Of a stretch of 64,000 nt of DNA, positions 11,589 to 23,958 are shown piece by piece (within the stretch, counting starts at the first letter, position 1; every line of letters begins with the position of its first letter). Below the pieces are notes generated by a model. The model was not told the origin of the DNA. It saw only the letters and a list, made by a program, of their open reading frames with translations, and did no database searches. The stretch is from Amphiscolops sp. MND2022 (Eukaryota). The position numbers and the translations under genes are program-made. Location: positions 69,752,001 to 69,816,000 of the forward strand of contig OZ076409.1 of NCBI GenBank assembly GCA_964187785.1, written 5' to 3'.

Positions 11589-14500
11589 ATGGATTTCTTT
11601 CAAGGAAGCTCACCGCCAAATTTCATCTCTTTCTGTTTAGACAACCAGAATGTCAATGAGACTCAAACATCCTCCAACCCGGTTCTAGAAATTCCAACTG
11701 AGCCACTCCAGACCCAGGCCTCAACAGGTAGTGCGCTACCTGATACCCCTACTGAGCCGGATTCTGGACGGCCCAACGTTGCAGCATTTGAGGCCTCCCC
11801 CGGAAGCATTGATAGTCAAACGGACGTCAACGTCTATGCTGAGTTAATGGTGCGTCGGCTTGAATCTTCACAAGCTTCAGAGCTGAGAGCCGCCCCTGTT
11901 CAGGTTTCTTCAGGGCTCGATGGGACTTCGGAGCCAAGAGAACAAAGGGAATGGACTCCTCTTCCATCTCCAAACTTGGCCAATACCCCTTCCAACCCAG
12001 TGAGGGTATATCCATAGATAGTAGTCTGACCCAGTTAGAGCCCACTCTCAGAGTTGCTACTACATCGAGGACGCAACTCCCCGAATTACTCTCGACCCAT
12101 GACTTGTCCCGAGAACACTCTGATCCTTCCAACTTGCAGTCTAACGAGGATAATGATTCTTCCATCTACGAAGTTCCTGCCTTTCCAAGTGGAGAAGCCA
12201 GAGTGCGATTCTTAACTGATTTCAGTGAAGCAGAGAAAACTGCTGAAGAAGCTAGCCACGTCGATCTCACCGTTCTTTATGGGAATAATCCAGTCACATC
12301 CGAGTCAGGGACCGAGGGCGGTGATGAGATGGACTCCATTTCACAAGAGGTACGACTGAACAGGCCTAGTACCTCATCTGTCAGAAGGCTTGATGACGGG
12401 CTCCCTGAGCTCTCTGGCTGGAGTCGGGCATTGCTCAAGACTTACTTTGATGAAGTCAAATCCTTCAATTTGACACAGGGGCATCCCACTGTGGTTTTCT
12501 CCGAATCGCAAATGTATCACTTGCTGAGGATCCTAGCGGATAAAACTTTGAGCATGTCATACACCACTATGGAACGCATGGTTCTGGACGCTATTAAAGG
12601 CACGCCCACAGCTGTTCCCTCGAGGACGGACCAACTCCTGTTGAAGACTCGGGCCTCCACTCCCTTCCGGGTTCCTGACAGTGATTCAAGCGATGCTGAA
12701 TCAGCTATAGTCGATGTCCGGCGAATTGAAACATCAGACTCTGGGGAATCTTGTACCCTAGGAGACATATCCATACCCGAGGAGAGTGACAGTTCAGGGG
12801 AGATGGATCTCACTTCTCAGTCTTTCAAAAAATCAAGTTAGCGTATTTCCACACACCAAGTCCAAGAGATAGCGACAACTTCTTCGCTGGGAAAATGGCC
12901 TGAACAGGATTGTACCAGCAGCGATGATGCGACCCTGTCTGAAGTGAGAAGACAAACACTTGGAGAGAAGGAACAAACGACGGGTAAGGACAAGTTGCCA
13001 AAGAAGAGCAAGAGGCAGCCACACCGAGGGGTCCCTATGCGGGAGGAATTCTTCGCCAAGATTTGGTGGACCCGTTCCTTTATATCCGGTCCCGCTGACC
13101 CACTCCATAACCCTTACATGGTGTGGTGTCACATGTGCAAAAAAAAACATTTCCATTCGCAGTAAGGGAACTATGGAAATCCTCCGCCACCATAGGACCG
13201 AAAGGCACCTTTGAGGAAATCAACGGTGCCAGTACGAGCACCTGAGGAGCGTTGATCCCGTCACAAACAAGCTGCAGCATCGGGTGCGTGGCCGGAATGG
13301 GAAGCTCTTGACTACGATTGAGCTGGCGCGTGAGCTGCTTAAGTTCTTACACGCGGAACTCGTTGACACTGGTGAGCGTTTTCCCTTTTACCACGACTTT
13401 ATTGAAGGCCGGACCACAGCTTTAGTAACACCCGAATCCAGGGCTAATACTCAATTGCGAATTGTCGGCGATTTTATCCAACGCCAAGGAGACTTTTCCG
13501 TCCTTCGAAGTTTATGGTCCAGCATCAGCTCTCTCGCAGATCATCACGCCAGTCTCTGTGACTTTGATTGGGGAGATGAGAGAATGACGGTAATCATTAA
13601 TTTGTAGTTGGTACTTCTTTTCCCAAATAAGTCCTCTGCTCAATGCATTTGTTTAGTCTTTAGGTTATTTTCCAGCATTTCTTCAATTGTGCTTTATCTG
13701 AGATCGCGGAGCACGTTGCCACCGAACCGAACCTTGCCATTGAGTTCGAAACCAAGGGCACTAAACGGTTCATGTCCGTGCGATTCTGGAAGGGAGAGGA
13801 TTTGTGCAGAGTGCTTGTTTGCCGGAATGGGCTACCGTCCTCGGAGTTGACTGGAGAGCTAGGATCATTGGCCCGATTGCTCTCTGTGGTTTCGACCAAG
13901 ACTGACATCGTTGCTTGTTCTGGGTGCCCAGTCGACCTTCTCCGCACAATTGATCAGTCTCCCTTCTTCACTGGAGGTGTTCAGAGTTGCTTCAGATTCG
14001 AACAAGTTGACGTGCCTAGGCTCATGCACAAGCTGAACTACAGTGTTTTCGTACACATCGATTTCTTCTCAGTATTGAGAGGGCTTTTGATATCTCTGGG
14101 TAGATCTCTCACGACGGACTGGATTCAACGCAGCCCTGAGCTGACAAGGGTGAGTACCTTTTGGACATTTTGAACTTACCGGAGATCTCTAAGTCTGTGG
14201 GGTAGGAAGTTCCATATCCACTCAATCAGTTCAAGTAGTGACGTATGTAAATTTTCTTCAGGCCCTTACCATGAGCAAACTGGATCTACCAATACTGCCA
14301 AGAGTTGGTTGACGAATGGGATTCCGTCACAAAATACCTTACTGAGCACTGCCCTCGCCAACAAGGACAAGGAGTTAGGACGCGGGTAATTAGAGTGATT
14401 TTTCCACTAGAGGGTCGGTTTAGACCTGGCAGTGTAATTAAGTAGACCTGTCCGGCCAGATCTCTTCATGTCCCCTGATTTTGTTTTTCCATGTTTAGGT

Positions 14501-15939
14501 GCAGAGTTTAGAGTGGGCTCTCATTTGCGACGAATTCTTCGCCGTGAAACTGGAATTCTTCTACCGACTTGTCAGCGACTGTTAGTATATTTTGTTGCTT
14601 CAGAAGATCTCTCAGTTCCTATAAGCATTGGGTCACTTTAGGGCGCTCGGTAGGCATTTTCTCAGTATTTTGCATTGTTCCCAACCTGATTGTTCTCCTT
14701 ATTGTCCAATGTGGTTCGGATTGTAATGTGGGCTTCTTGTTCCTCTCGGTACTTCAATCATTTCAGTTTCTCTGTTTGCAGTCAATTCCAGTTTCTCAAT
14801 CAACACCAAGCAACGACGTGATTCCTCTTTCTTCTTGTGTGGTGAAGTTTCGCGCTGTATCCACAAATTGTGTTCCAGATGTTATACTTCAGACACCTTT
14901 CCGCTTGAAAATTCCTGGTTCCTCCTGTTGGCATTCCGAACCAGTGATGGGACCTTCTTCTCTGGGGAGGAGTTCTTGATCCGTCTAAACATGAGCAACA
15001 AAGTTACAACGGCGAGCAAACGAAAAACGGAAGGGGTCCATTCACGCAAGCGGATAGAGAGGGCGATTCTTCAGAAGACGACTGATACCATCAAGGCAGA
15101 GTTTGTGCAGGACGGGTTGCAGTACCTACAGTGCTTGATTGGGGAGGTTCTGCGACAAGCTGGCTTGAGCTCCAACATACTTAAGGGGTTGGCTGCATTT
15201 GACCCCTTCATCATGTTTAGACGGCCAATTGAAGTTGCCCTTCGGCACTTTGACCTCTTGTATGACACATTCCTGCGTCGATCCTTGGTAACTGCAGCGA
15301 ATCAGGTTGCTTGCCGAGACGAGTATGTTAGCCTCTTGGATTATCTTCGGGCCAATTATTCTCCTGATTTTGTTGTTACTGATTTAGCGCGTTACCTGAT
15401 GGATTTTATGATCAATTTGGAAATTCTGCAGTCTCGACGGCTTCTTATCTATCTTTTCAAACTCAGCTGTTGGTGCATCACAGCCGTCAGTCCTCAGTAT
15501 CCCTCCGTATCAGCGGGTCGTTTTGACACTTCTGGGTTTTGTGACAGGTTTACCGATGTAGTCCTGCCCTCCCAAAGTTACCTTTCCGCCGTGCCAGGGG
15601 CTGTACCCTATTGTAGCTCCGATGCTCAGCTTGCAAACTTCTCTCTTCTTACTGCCTCTTTTGGGCAGACTGCCTTCTCACTAGATCTCCCTGGGACAGT
15701 GTTCACCAAGTTGGACGGGCGAAGATCTATAAATCACTGGTGTCTTCGTACCAGAAATTCTCTCTGGGCCTAAAAGGGTCTCTGTGCGGGAGGAAGCCGG
15801 AGAGACTATCACCATTGCTGATCAGTCTGCCTTAAAGGTCCCCAGCAGCACTAAACGTCGAAGAAGGGAGCGGACTGCCTCTCGATCTGCCACCTAATCA
15901 GTAGCTGGGGAATCCGAGCAAAGCACATCTAACCTCTAA
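11589..15939 (+). pseudogene. Spliced antisense accessory gene: S/P/E-rich N-terminus, BED-like zinc finger, possibly hAT-transposase-derived body
   Basis: WCHMCKK-NISIRSKGTMEILRHHRTERH (CxxC...HxxxxxH) across a frameshift; GT-AG introns 13590-13663 (phase 0, joins ORFs 13284 and 13772 in frame), 14150-14261 and 14386-14498; long ORF 14835-15773; several frameshifts. Confidence 0.65.
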
Positions 15940-16050
15940 TTGTCCATATGTGCATGTGTATCCAAAACTGTAAACTTTGTTAATTTCTTTTGTTGTTTTG
16001 TAACCTTCGATCCCTGTATTTATTTCTGGAAGGGATTCCTTGTTGCCATG

Positions 16051-16062
16051 CCCCTTTTCTCT
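16051..16062 (-). promoter_or_regulatory. Polypurine tract just downstream of Gypsy A pol
   Basis: Minus strand AGAGAAAAGGGG followed by CA-TGGCAAC, ~100 bp after the pol end. Confidence 0.6.
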
Positions 16063-16149
16063 AAAGTACGCTCTTGGGGCTAAAAAAGAAAAAATGAAAG
16101 GGAAAAAGAATAGAGAACAGCGTTCGTTCTTGGACGTAATTTAATCTTT

Positions 16150-19100
16150 TTCTGGTATCTAAGGTCTTCTGAATAGTTTGGGTTAGGGTGAGGCCTGAGG
16201 TTATATTTCCCTCCTCTAGGGCTCAGACTTTCATTTCTTGCATCATTTTCCGATATTTCGGGCACGATAATATCATCCCCCTTTTTGGAGAACTTTGTTC
16301 GTCGTTTTCATTGACTGGGTTTGTTTCTGGAAAATTTTCATCGCTTTTCAGTTTTTCATCCGTTTTCAGCAAGGATTTTTCTTGTTTTTGAGGAACCGGC
16401 CGGATTCGGCCAATCAGATTTTTCATTTCTAGTCCCTTCACTAGTTTCATTTCTTTCAGTGACGTCATCATTTAATCTTTCTTTCCGGCTCTGCGCCGCA
16501 TGGTCAGTGTAATTTGTTTCGTCTCTCGTGATTATGTAATCCGCTTCATTCTCGTCTACGTCACTTTGAATCGGTTCCGCCGCGTTCGGTTGTTCGCCAT
16601 TCGGCAAGCTAGTCGGAATAGGATCATGTCCTCGTATAACATGCTGCTCGCCAAAGTCCGTTTCCCACGCTATGATATATAAGTCATCTTGCGGAATAAC
16701 AATTTTTTCATCAGGCTGTAGCCGCTGTTCTCGGAAATTGTCCTCAAGCGGTTGATTGGGGACGAACTTTTTAAGGCGAATCCGATGCAATATTTGAGTC
16801 TTGTTTGTTATAATTCGTCGTACAATATAATTTTCATTAGGTAAAACTTTTTGGACTATAAATGATCCGACCCAACGATAATCACGGAATGGAATTTTTG
16901 ATCCTTGATGATCTGCTTTTGGCTGTAAGACAAAGCAGTAATCATTCTCCTTTAATGGAGCGGCTTTTGCCTTGCGGTCATAATCTTCTTTGTACTTGAT
17001 AAACGACTGCATAATATTTTGCTTTGTTTTGTCAATCAAGATTTTTGTCCGGTTTCGTATTTCTTCAGCAAATTCAGTTGTTGGATTGATCTGTTCGTTT
17101 GGATTATTCCCAAGTTTGTGATCGAGAATACTATATGGGATTCTTCCATGAAATACTCTTGTCGGCTCACAACCGATGCTGGCATGGTAGCTAGTGTTAT
17201 GGTTTAGTACTGCTAGTGGCAAGTATCTGTGCCATTGTCGGCGGAATTCTCCACATGCCATTTTGAGGTTTGTTTTCAATGAGGCATGGGTCCGCTCTAA
17301 TTCCCCAATTGTTTGCGGGTGTTTTGTTGTTGCACATTTGAGTGTTATGCCCAAAATTTGCGTAATCTCCGCAATAATTGTGGACGTGTATGCAGTACTT
17401 TTGTCAGTAATAAGTGTTGTCGGTAAAAATGCATGCTTGGTCATAATGTCAATGAGCGCTTTTGCTACATTGATCGCTGACGCGTCCGTGAGAGGATAGG
17501 CGAACAGGTATCTGAAAAATACATCAATTGCTGTTAGGACGTTTTCATACCCTCCACTTGGGGGAAGATTCGGCAATAGGTCGATCTGCATGGCGTCCTC
17601 AGGTCCGAGGTCCCATTCGGGCAAGTTGAGCAGTTCGGGTGTAATTGTTGTGTTAGGGATCTCTTGTCTCTGGCACATTGTTCGCACCCGTCTACCCACT
17701 TTTTGACGTGTTTAGCCATGCTAGGGTAGTATTACCTCTGTCGGATATCCTGCAACATTTTTGAGATACCAGGATGTTTATGCGCTGTCCCATGGAGAGA
17801 CTGAAGCAATTCCTGGAGTAAGTGCTGCGGGAGCAGAATTTGGTGGTATTTAACGTTCCCTGTTTCGTCAAAGTATTGCCTCGTCAGGATGTCGTCCTTA
17901 AGTACGATTCGTTCCAGGTTGTTTGCATAATGTCTGTATCGAGCATCCCGTTGCAGTAGGTTCTCTGAATACTCTTCATGAAGGAGTTTTGCCTTCAATT
18001 GTTGTAGTACTGCATCTTTGGATTGTTCGATAATGATCTGGTTCGTTTTCCTTAATAGGACTTGTATATCAGGATGTTGTTTGACTAGGTTTGTTGACAG
18101 AGATTGTATTGAAACAGTGGGCTCATCAATAGCTGGATTTTTCCTGATTGCCTTTTTTCTTGCCCAATATTGTTCTTCTGTCTCATCGTCATCATTAGTG
18201 TAGACGATTTGTTCTTCTTGTGGCACTCCTGCTGATTGGACGTTTCTTTCAATTGGTAGGGTTTGAACATCTTCGCGGATTTTCATTACTAATTTGTCCT
18301 TCGGGTCTGCTTCCAAACGGGACAAATAGTCGGCAGCTGTATTTTGTGCTCCTGGGATGTGCGCTATGACAAAATTGAACTGAATCACATAATCACACGC
18401 ATTCCACAGGGCTGGGGGTTTTATTTTCGTTTGAAAAAATCGCATGACAGCTTTGTTGTCTGTAAGGATTATGACCGGTTTAGGCGCACCCCAGAAGATA
18501 TGTCCGAATTCTTTGAATGCGAATTAAATTGCAAGAAATTCCTTGGCATAAATAGACATCTTGATTTGAGCTGGGGTGAAGGTTTTTGAGCCATAAGCGA
18601 CCGGTGCATACGATTTTCTGAGTGACGTAAGTTTCTGGTTCGGGTCGTCTTCAATTAGGACTGCATATCCAGCTGCACCAAAACTGGCGTCAGTCATTAG
18701 TGCAATTTGTTTGTTTGGAATGGGATGTTGTAGGGCCAAATGGCAACACTTGTCGAGTGCTTTTCTGATTTCCTCGAATTGTTAATTCTTTCGATACCAG
18801 GACCTTTTCGTCACTTTTCAGCATCTTGTAGAATGGAGCAAGGCGTTCTGAGAGTCTTGGGACATAATTTCTGTAGTATTTCAAGAATCCCAAATAGCGT
18901 TGTAAAGCCTTTTTCGACTTTGGGAAATTGGTTTTTTCCAGAAAGTTTTGTACGTTCTGTTTCTGCGGTTTGACGCCTTGTGGGGAAATTGTTCGTCCGA
19001 GGAAATCAATTCCTTTTGCACCGAAGTGACATTTGTGCATTGTCAACTTCAGGCCTGCTTCCTGAATGCATTTGAACGTTGCTCTCAGGTTAGTTATGAG

Positions 19101-21340
19101 GTGGTCAGCATCATTGGCTGCGATGCCGATATCGTCCACATACTGGGCACATTGATCCGCTTTGATGACTTTGTCAAGGTATTCCCTCATAAAGCTCGAG
19201 AATGCGGAGAAAGACCGGCTAAGGGCTTTTGCCAAACGTCTGCATGCAAATGTGCGGCTGGCGAAATTAAAGGCCAACTTTTCAATCGATCGTTGGTCAG
19301 CCATGAAAAGGCAGTGGTATGCCTGCGGGCAGTCTAATTTACAGAATACTTTTTTGCCTGCCAAGTGTTGGGCGGCGTCGACTAAAGTACTGACAGGGTG
19401 ATTATTGTTTATGTAATCATCCGATATAAGGTTGTTAATTTTCCTCAAGTCAACCAGGAGTCTGAGTTTTCCATTCAGTTTCTTTTGTGCGAATATTGGA
19501 CTCGCATATTTCGAGAATGGTAGGGTGGTGATTATGCCATATTTGTGTAACATGGCAAATTCAACTAGGATGTCCTCCTTCAGGTTGATAGGGGCTGGGA
19601 AGCTCTGGCTATAGGCTGGGGAATCGTCCTTAGGTGTCAATTTCACTTTGAATTCCTCATTCTTGCCTATATCAAATCTGTGTCGTGCAAATATATCATG
19701 GAATTCCACTAGTAATTCTTCGATCTTCCCCTTTTCTTCGGGAGTAAGAGTAGAATCTTTCCAATTGAAGTTTTCTAGGATTTTTGCACGAGATTTTTCA
19801 TATTTGGTGGAGTCGAGTGTTTCCAGGTCCTGTAAGGCCTGTAATTCACGGAGAATTCTTTTCTGGATGGGCGTGTGTTCCTCAGGATTTCCAGGGTTTT
19901 CTGGAGTTGGGAACCAGTAATTTTCAGAATTTTGAGGGTTTTTATTCGTTTTGATGAGGCTGCTGACATAATGGGCTGCCTGCTCTTGGTCAGTTTGCAA
20001 AAGGTGCCAGGTTGATGCCGGTTTGACGTATTTCATTTGTTCCGGCGTCATGACAGAAAAATTGGCAATATGGATTCCTTTTTTAGGTTTGTAAGGGTGG
20101 TCCGTGAAATTGTTCACTGGTATCAGTATACTGCCGTCATTCAGAGTGACTAAGGCTGGGCAAAATGTGATGTCTCCTTCTTCATGTAAAAGGTCACTTG
20201 GTTGTAAAATGCCAGTTACAGCATTCTCAGGGTAGAGTAAGGAGTTGGTCCTAATTAGGCCTCTGTCATTTGGCGGAATGGTTAACTCAGTAGGGTTGAG
20301 GATTGGTTCTAGCACATTTGAATATTTATGATCAGCTGTTTTGAGCTGCATTGAAAAGAACGGGAAATTCAGTAATCTTTGCCTCATGTCCAGCACTGTA
20401 TGATTTCTCTGAAGGAACATTAGTCCAATAATCGGTCCTGTCAAATGTTCCATCACTATGAAAATTTCATGGAACTCAATGTCACCAACTTCGAATTTGA
20501 GCTCTATGGTACTCTTGGGAGTCTCCGGTTGCCCATTAGCGACCATGATTTGGAAGTTCGGAGGCCGTCCTTCCCTGATGACAGATTGTGGAGATAGAAG
20601 GCGAATTTTCCGGAGGTCCATTTCAGGAATTCCACTGGACAGTGCCCCAGTGTCAATGAGTCCATCAATGGTCAATTCCCCAAAGTCCATTGGGAAATAA
20701 AGCATGCGTTTCTTGCATTTGAGATTATTGTTGATTGACAGGGGTATGCAGTCTGATTCACCATCTTTGGTAATGAGTACGTTTTGGAACTGTTTCTCGT
20801 CTAATAGTGATTTTGGTATGGATTCGGCAGTATTTTCACAATTCGCGGTCCCCAAGGGGTTTAGGAACACTGGGTGGTTTGTACCATTGTTCATTTGCCA
20901 ATTTCCAATTAGTGCTCGTGTTTTATTGTTGTGGGTAATTGGAGGGTTCTCGCGGACTGTATTGTTGTAGTGTTCAATGTCGTCTAGAACATACTGGAAT
21001 TGCAATAAATCTTGATCATAAATCTCAGTGTCCCAAGAGGGATCTCTACCATAGTCTGGGTCGATGTATGTTGGATTGTAATCATCGATCAGGGGAATGG
21101 ACCTGAACCGGGTAGTGAAGGTTGTTGTATAGTCAGGGTCCCAAATAGGAATTGGTTTTTGGAATAAATGGGTATGTTATAGGTAATAGTGATAGCTTTG
21201 TCCATCTGTTGCTGCCAGACAACAGAGGGATAACCCATCAACTGCTGGGTGTATTGGTGAAAGATTTTTGTTGGAGGATCCGACCTGATGTATTGGAGGA
21301 CGGATATTAGTTCGTTATGTTGGAGTCGTGGCGAAGTTAG
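16150..21340 (-). pseudogene. pol: Gypsy A pol (protease, dUTPase-like insert, RT, RNase H, integrase), frameshifted
   Basis: LIDTGA protease; YVDD RT; TDAS..GAVL..VAYGSK RNase H; HKHPG..CEQC zinc finger; IDLL..DVFFRYLFAYPL..TDKST..HPQTIGELERT integrase; C-terminal KYNLRP. Confidence 0.93.
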
Positions 21341-21346
21341 TTTTTT
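21340..21346 (-). promoter_or_regulatory. Putative -1 ribosomal frameshift slippery heptamer A AAA AAC at the gag/pol junction
   Basis: Minus strand ...GAGTAAAAAAAC-TAA at the end of gag; the overlapping frame reads KKTNFATTPT. Confidence 0.6.
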
Positions 21347-22463
21347 TACTCAACATTAGGAGATGAGAATTGAGAGCTTGATGATGTCGGCTTGTTCTGT
21401 GGTTTCTGAGCCTTTGAATTGGGCTTATTGTCATTGGAGTCCTCGGATCTGGTGCGTTTAGGTTCAAGATGCGCACCAGCGCCTTGCCAACATCTTTCCT
21501 CCGGGTGATTCTTTTTGCCACAAGTGCCGCACTCTGGATATGTTCTCTTCTGAGTCAATTTGCCTTGTTGGGCATCTTTCTCTTTTTTCTTTTTCAACTT
21601 CTCGCAGTCTTTGACCATATGGCCCTTCTCTTTGCAATAGTTGCAAGTTATGTCCGACATTTGCCCTGTGGAAAGGGGAGTTTTGGGTTTGGAGGATGAG
21701 GTGGTCATTGTTGCCATGGGTAGGTCATCTGACTCCTCAAGGGCATTAAGCTCTAGTTCTCTTTCCAAATGAGCAACTATTTCGTCGTAAGAGCCGTTTT
21801 CTAGTCCTGTCATATTGACTGATCTTTTGAGTTTTGGTGGCAGTTTTGCATATAGCAAACTGTCAATCATTTTCTGCGCATGGTCGCCAAATGCCTTTTC
21901 TGCACCTTGATTTAATTCTTCAAGGAAATCGGGCAGCTTCATCGTATTGGGATCGAAGACCAGACGGTGCCATTTATGTTTGGCAGTCGCCTGCGACTCA
22001 GGTTTGACGTATTATCGTCGGAAGATGACTAGTACGTCTTCAAGAGTTTGTCGATTTGTCGAATTGATGTTTCTAAATGTCTCGAGGGCATTTTTCCTCA
22101 GTAGTGAATGGAAATGGTTAATTTTCATCTGTTCGGTCATTTCTGGCTGCATCTTGATCATAGTGTGAAAAAGATCTTCGAACAGCTCAAATTTCTCACT
22201 TTTGCCGTTGAAGGTCATGGTATTGGAATTGACCGGGCGTATGGTGAGTTGTTGTGCTGTTGGTCTATTCTGCATAGTAGTCAAGACGTCGGCCAATCTG
22301 GTATTGGGATCAGGATCTGCAGCTGTAGCGATTCGCTCATGCGCTGGGATCATCGTGTCAAGGTTGATGTCCTCATAGGACTGATTGAGATGACTTCTTG
22401 ATGGGATACGTCCTGTGAGAAACTCAGGAACTTGATTTGGAGATTCGTTGTCTGCTGTCACCA
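21346..22463 (-). pseudogene. gag: Gypsy A gag, internal part (capsid-like region, two zinc knuckles)
   Basis: FNGKSEKFELFEDLF..INHFHSLLRKNAL; CNYCKEKGHMVKDC and CGTCGKKNHPEERC; one frameshift near 22012. Confidence 0.88.
22452..22463 (-). promoter_or_regulatory. Primer-binding site of Gypsy A (TGGTGACAGCAG)
   Basis: Directly follows GTTCATGACA, the same 10-mer that ends the LTR at 23276; starts with TGG. Cognate tRNA not assigned. Confidence 0.7.
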
Positions 22464-22500
22464 TGTCATGAACGTTCAATTCAGTGTAATGATTGTTTGA

Positions 22501-23275
22501 ATGCATTGAATGAATCCGGACTACTGGGTCAATACACTTAGAATTCTTCTGCGTAGCATTCAGTTCAAAACGAACAAGATTGATCCTTGTTTGTTCTTGA
22601 GAGAACGAAATGGTCATATAGACTTCGTAGCAAACGAAATATGAATAGATACGGAAAAGGTAACTACGATACATGTCGACAATGAGACTTGTACCGCAAT
22701 AACCAACAAGCCAAGAACGGCCAAAGTCGGCGCTATATCTAATGCTCAATATTGTGAAAGGGGGACTCTTCGGGCTGTTTGAATCTCCAACTGGTTGCAA
22801 ATCATGAAAAAATTGAAGGGGGACACTTTGGCGACGTTAAATAATTTCCAAAATTTTTTTTGATTCAACTTTTTGAACAGTGTCACATTGCCGAAAAATG
22901 TAAAATGGGACCCTTTGAGCACTTCTGACATCCATTGTGTTGCAAAATATCGAAACAAAAGACAGGGAGACCTTTTGGTGCAATCCAAAATGTTTCAAAA
23001 AAAATTCGCATAGTGCCGAAAAAAAGCGGGGGGGGGGGGGGTGGCTTTAGCTAAAGGAGGGGATCCTTAGTGTGTTTTCGATGTTCTGCACGTGTGTTTG
23101 TTTTGTTTTTCCTTTTCGTTTTGGTTGCGCTTCTGAGGTTCCAGTGGTTTGAACCTCCGCTGTAGTTCAAGTTGTTGAACAAATGAACCAAAAAGTTCGC
23201 CTTACGCGAGTAAAACAATACCACTGTGAGAGTCCGGCAAACTTTCTACTAAAATGCGCCGACTAAAAGCACAGT
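22501..23275. repeat. Duplicate of the Gypsy A 3' flank (Copia RT/RH fragment 22501-22704 plus intact HINE 22705-23268)
   Basis: Matches 4658-5066 plus 7628-7986. Confidence 0.9.
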
Positions 23276-23288
23276 TGTCATGAACATG

Positions 23289-23861
23289 TCAGTTAGTGAA
23301 CTCGCCATTGAGGTGGCTATCACTCTGTTCATTTCTAAGATTAGTTTTTGCGTTGAAGTTGCGTAGGACTTCGGAGTTAATTTCCGGTTTCTCAACAGAA
23401 GCTTCCCATCCCCTTCTAGTCTCACGTCCCGATCCGGCTATGATGGCATTCTGGATTTGGGGTAGAACCTGATTGTTTATGGCATCATTTATAGCTCTAT
23501 GGATTTGGGAACTAACGCTACTCATCATCTCATCCATTTCTCTAGATATTCTGGAGTTTAACTCGCTCGACAACTTGTTAATCTCAGCTTGAGAGTTCAT
23601 GTCTATTGAATTTTGGCCATAATCGGCACTTGACCTGACATTAGAATTTCTATGATCCGAATAAGGGTTTTCCTCCCTTTCATCTAAATTGTTACTCACA
23701 ATACTCTCATGCCTCCTAATTGAAGTGCTATCGAGAGTTCCGTCTCTTTCAGTTTCATTGAAATGATTTTCTCCCAACATGATATCAAGATTTTCCATAT
23801 CTGAGAGGATTTCTAAACCTCTTGATTTCATCGCTTTCTCCTGTTTTCTAGTGGTAGGCAT
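23289..23861 (-). CDS. Gag N-terminal segment inside the 5'/solo LTR
   Basis: 190-aa ORF MPTTRKQEKAMK... ending 13 nt from the LTR terminus; the stop is probably a CGA>TGA change, since the copy near 8000 has CGA. Confidence 0.65.
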   Translation of the reverse strand: MPTTRKQEKAMKSRGLEILSDMENLDIMLGENHFNETERDGTLDSTSIRRHESIVSNNLDEREENPYSDHRNSNVRSSADYGQNSIDMNSQAEINKLSSELNSRISREMDEMMSSVSSQIHRAINDAINNQVLPQIQNAIIAGSGRETRRGWEASVEKPEINSEVLRNFNAKTNLRNEQSDSHLNGEFTN

Positions 23862-23958
23862 TGAAAAAGTTCCGAATCACCAATGAATTATTCAATACGG
23901 AAAATAACAGCGGTGCTGTTTGTAGATCAATCTTTACGAAGAGAAATTAATATGAATT

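Noticed and set aside
22012..22800. 262-aa ORF as a genuine gene
   Set aside because: Chimera of HINE and antisense Copia sequence fused to internal gag at the 22500 junction.
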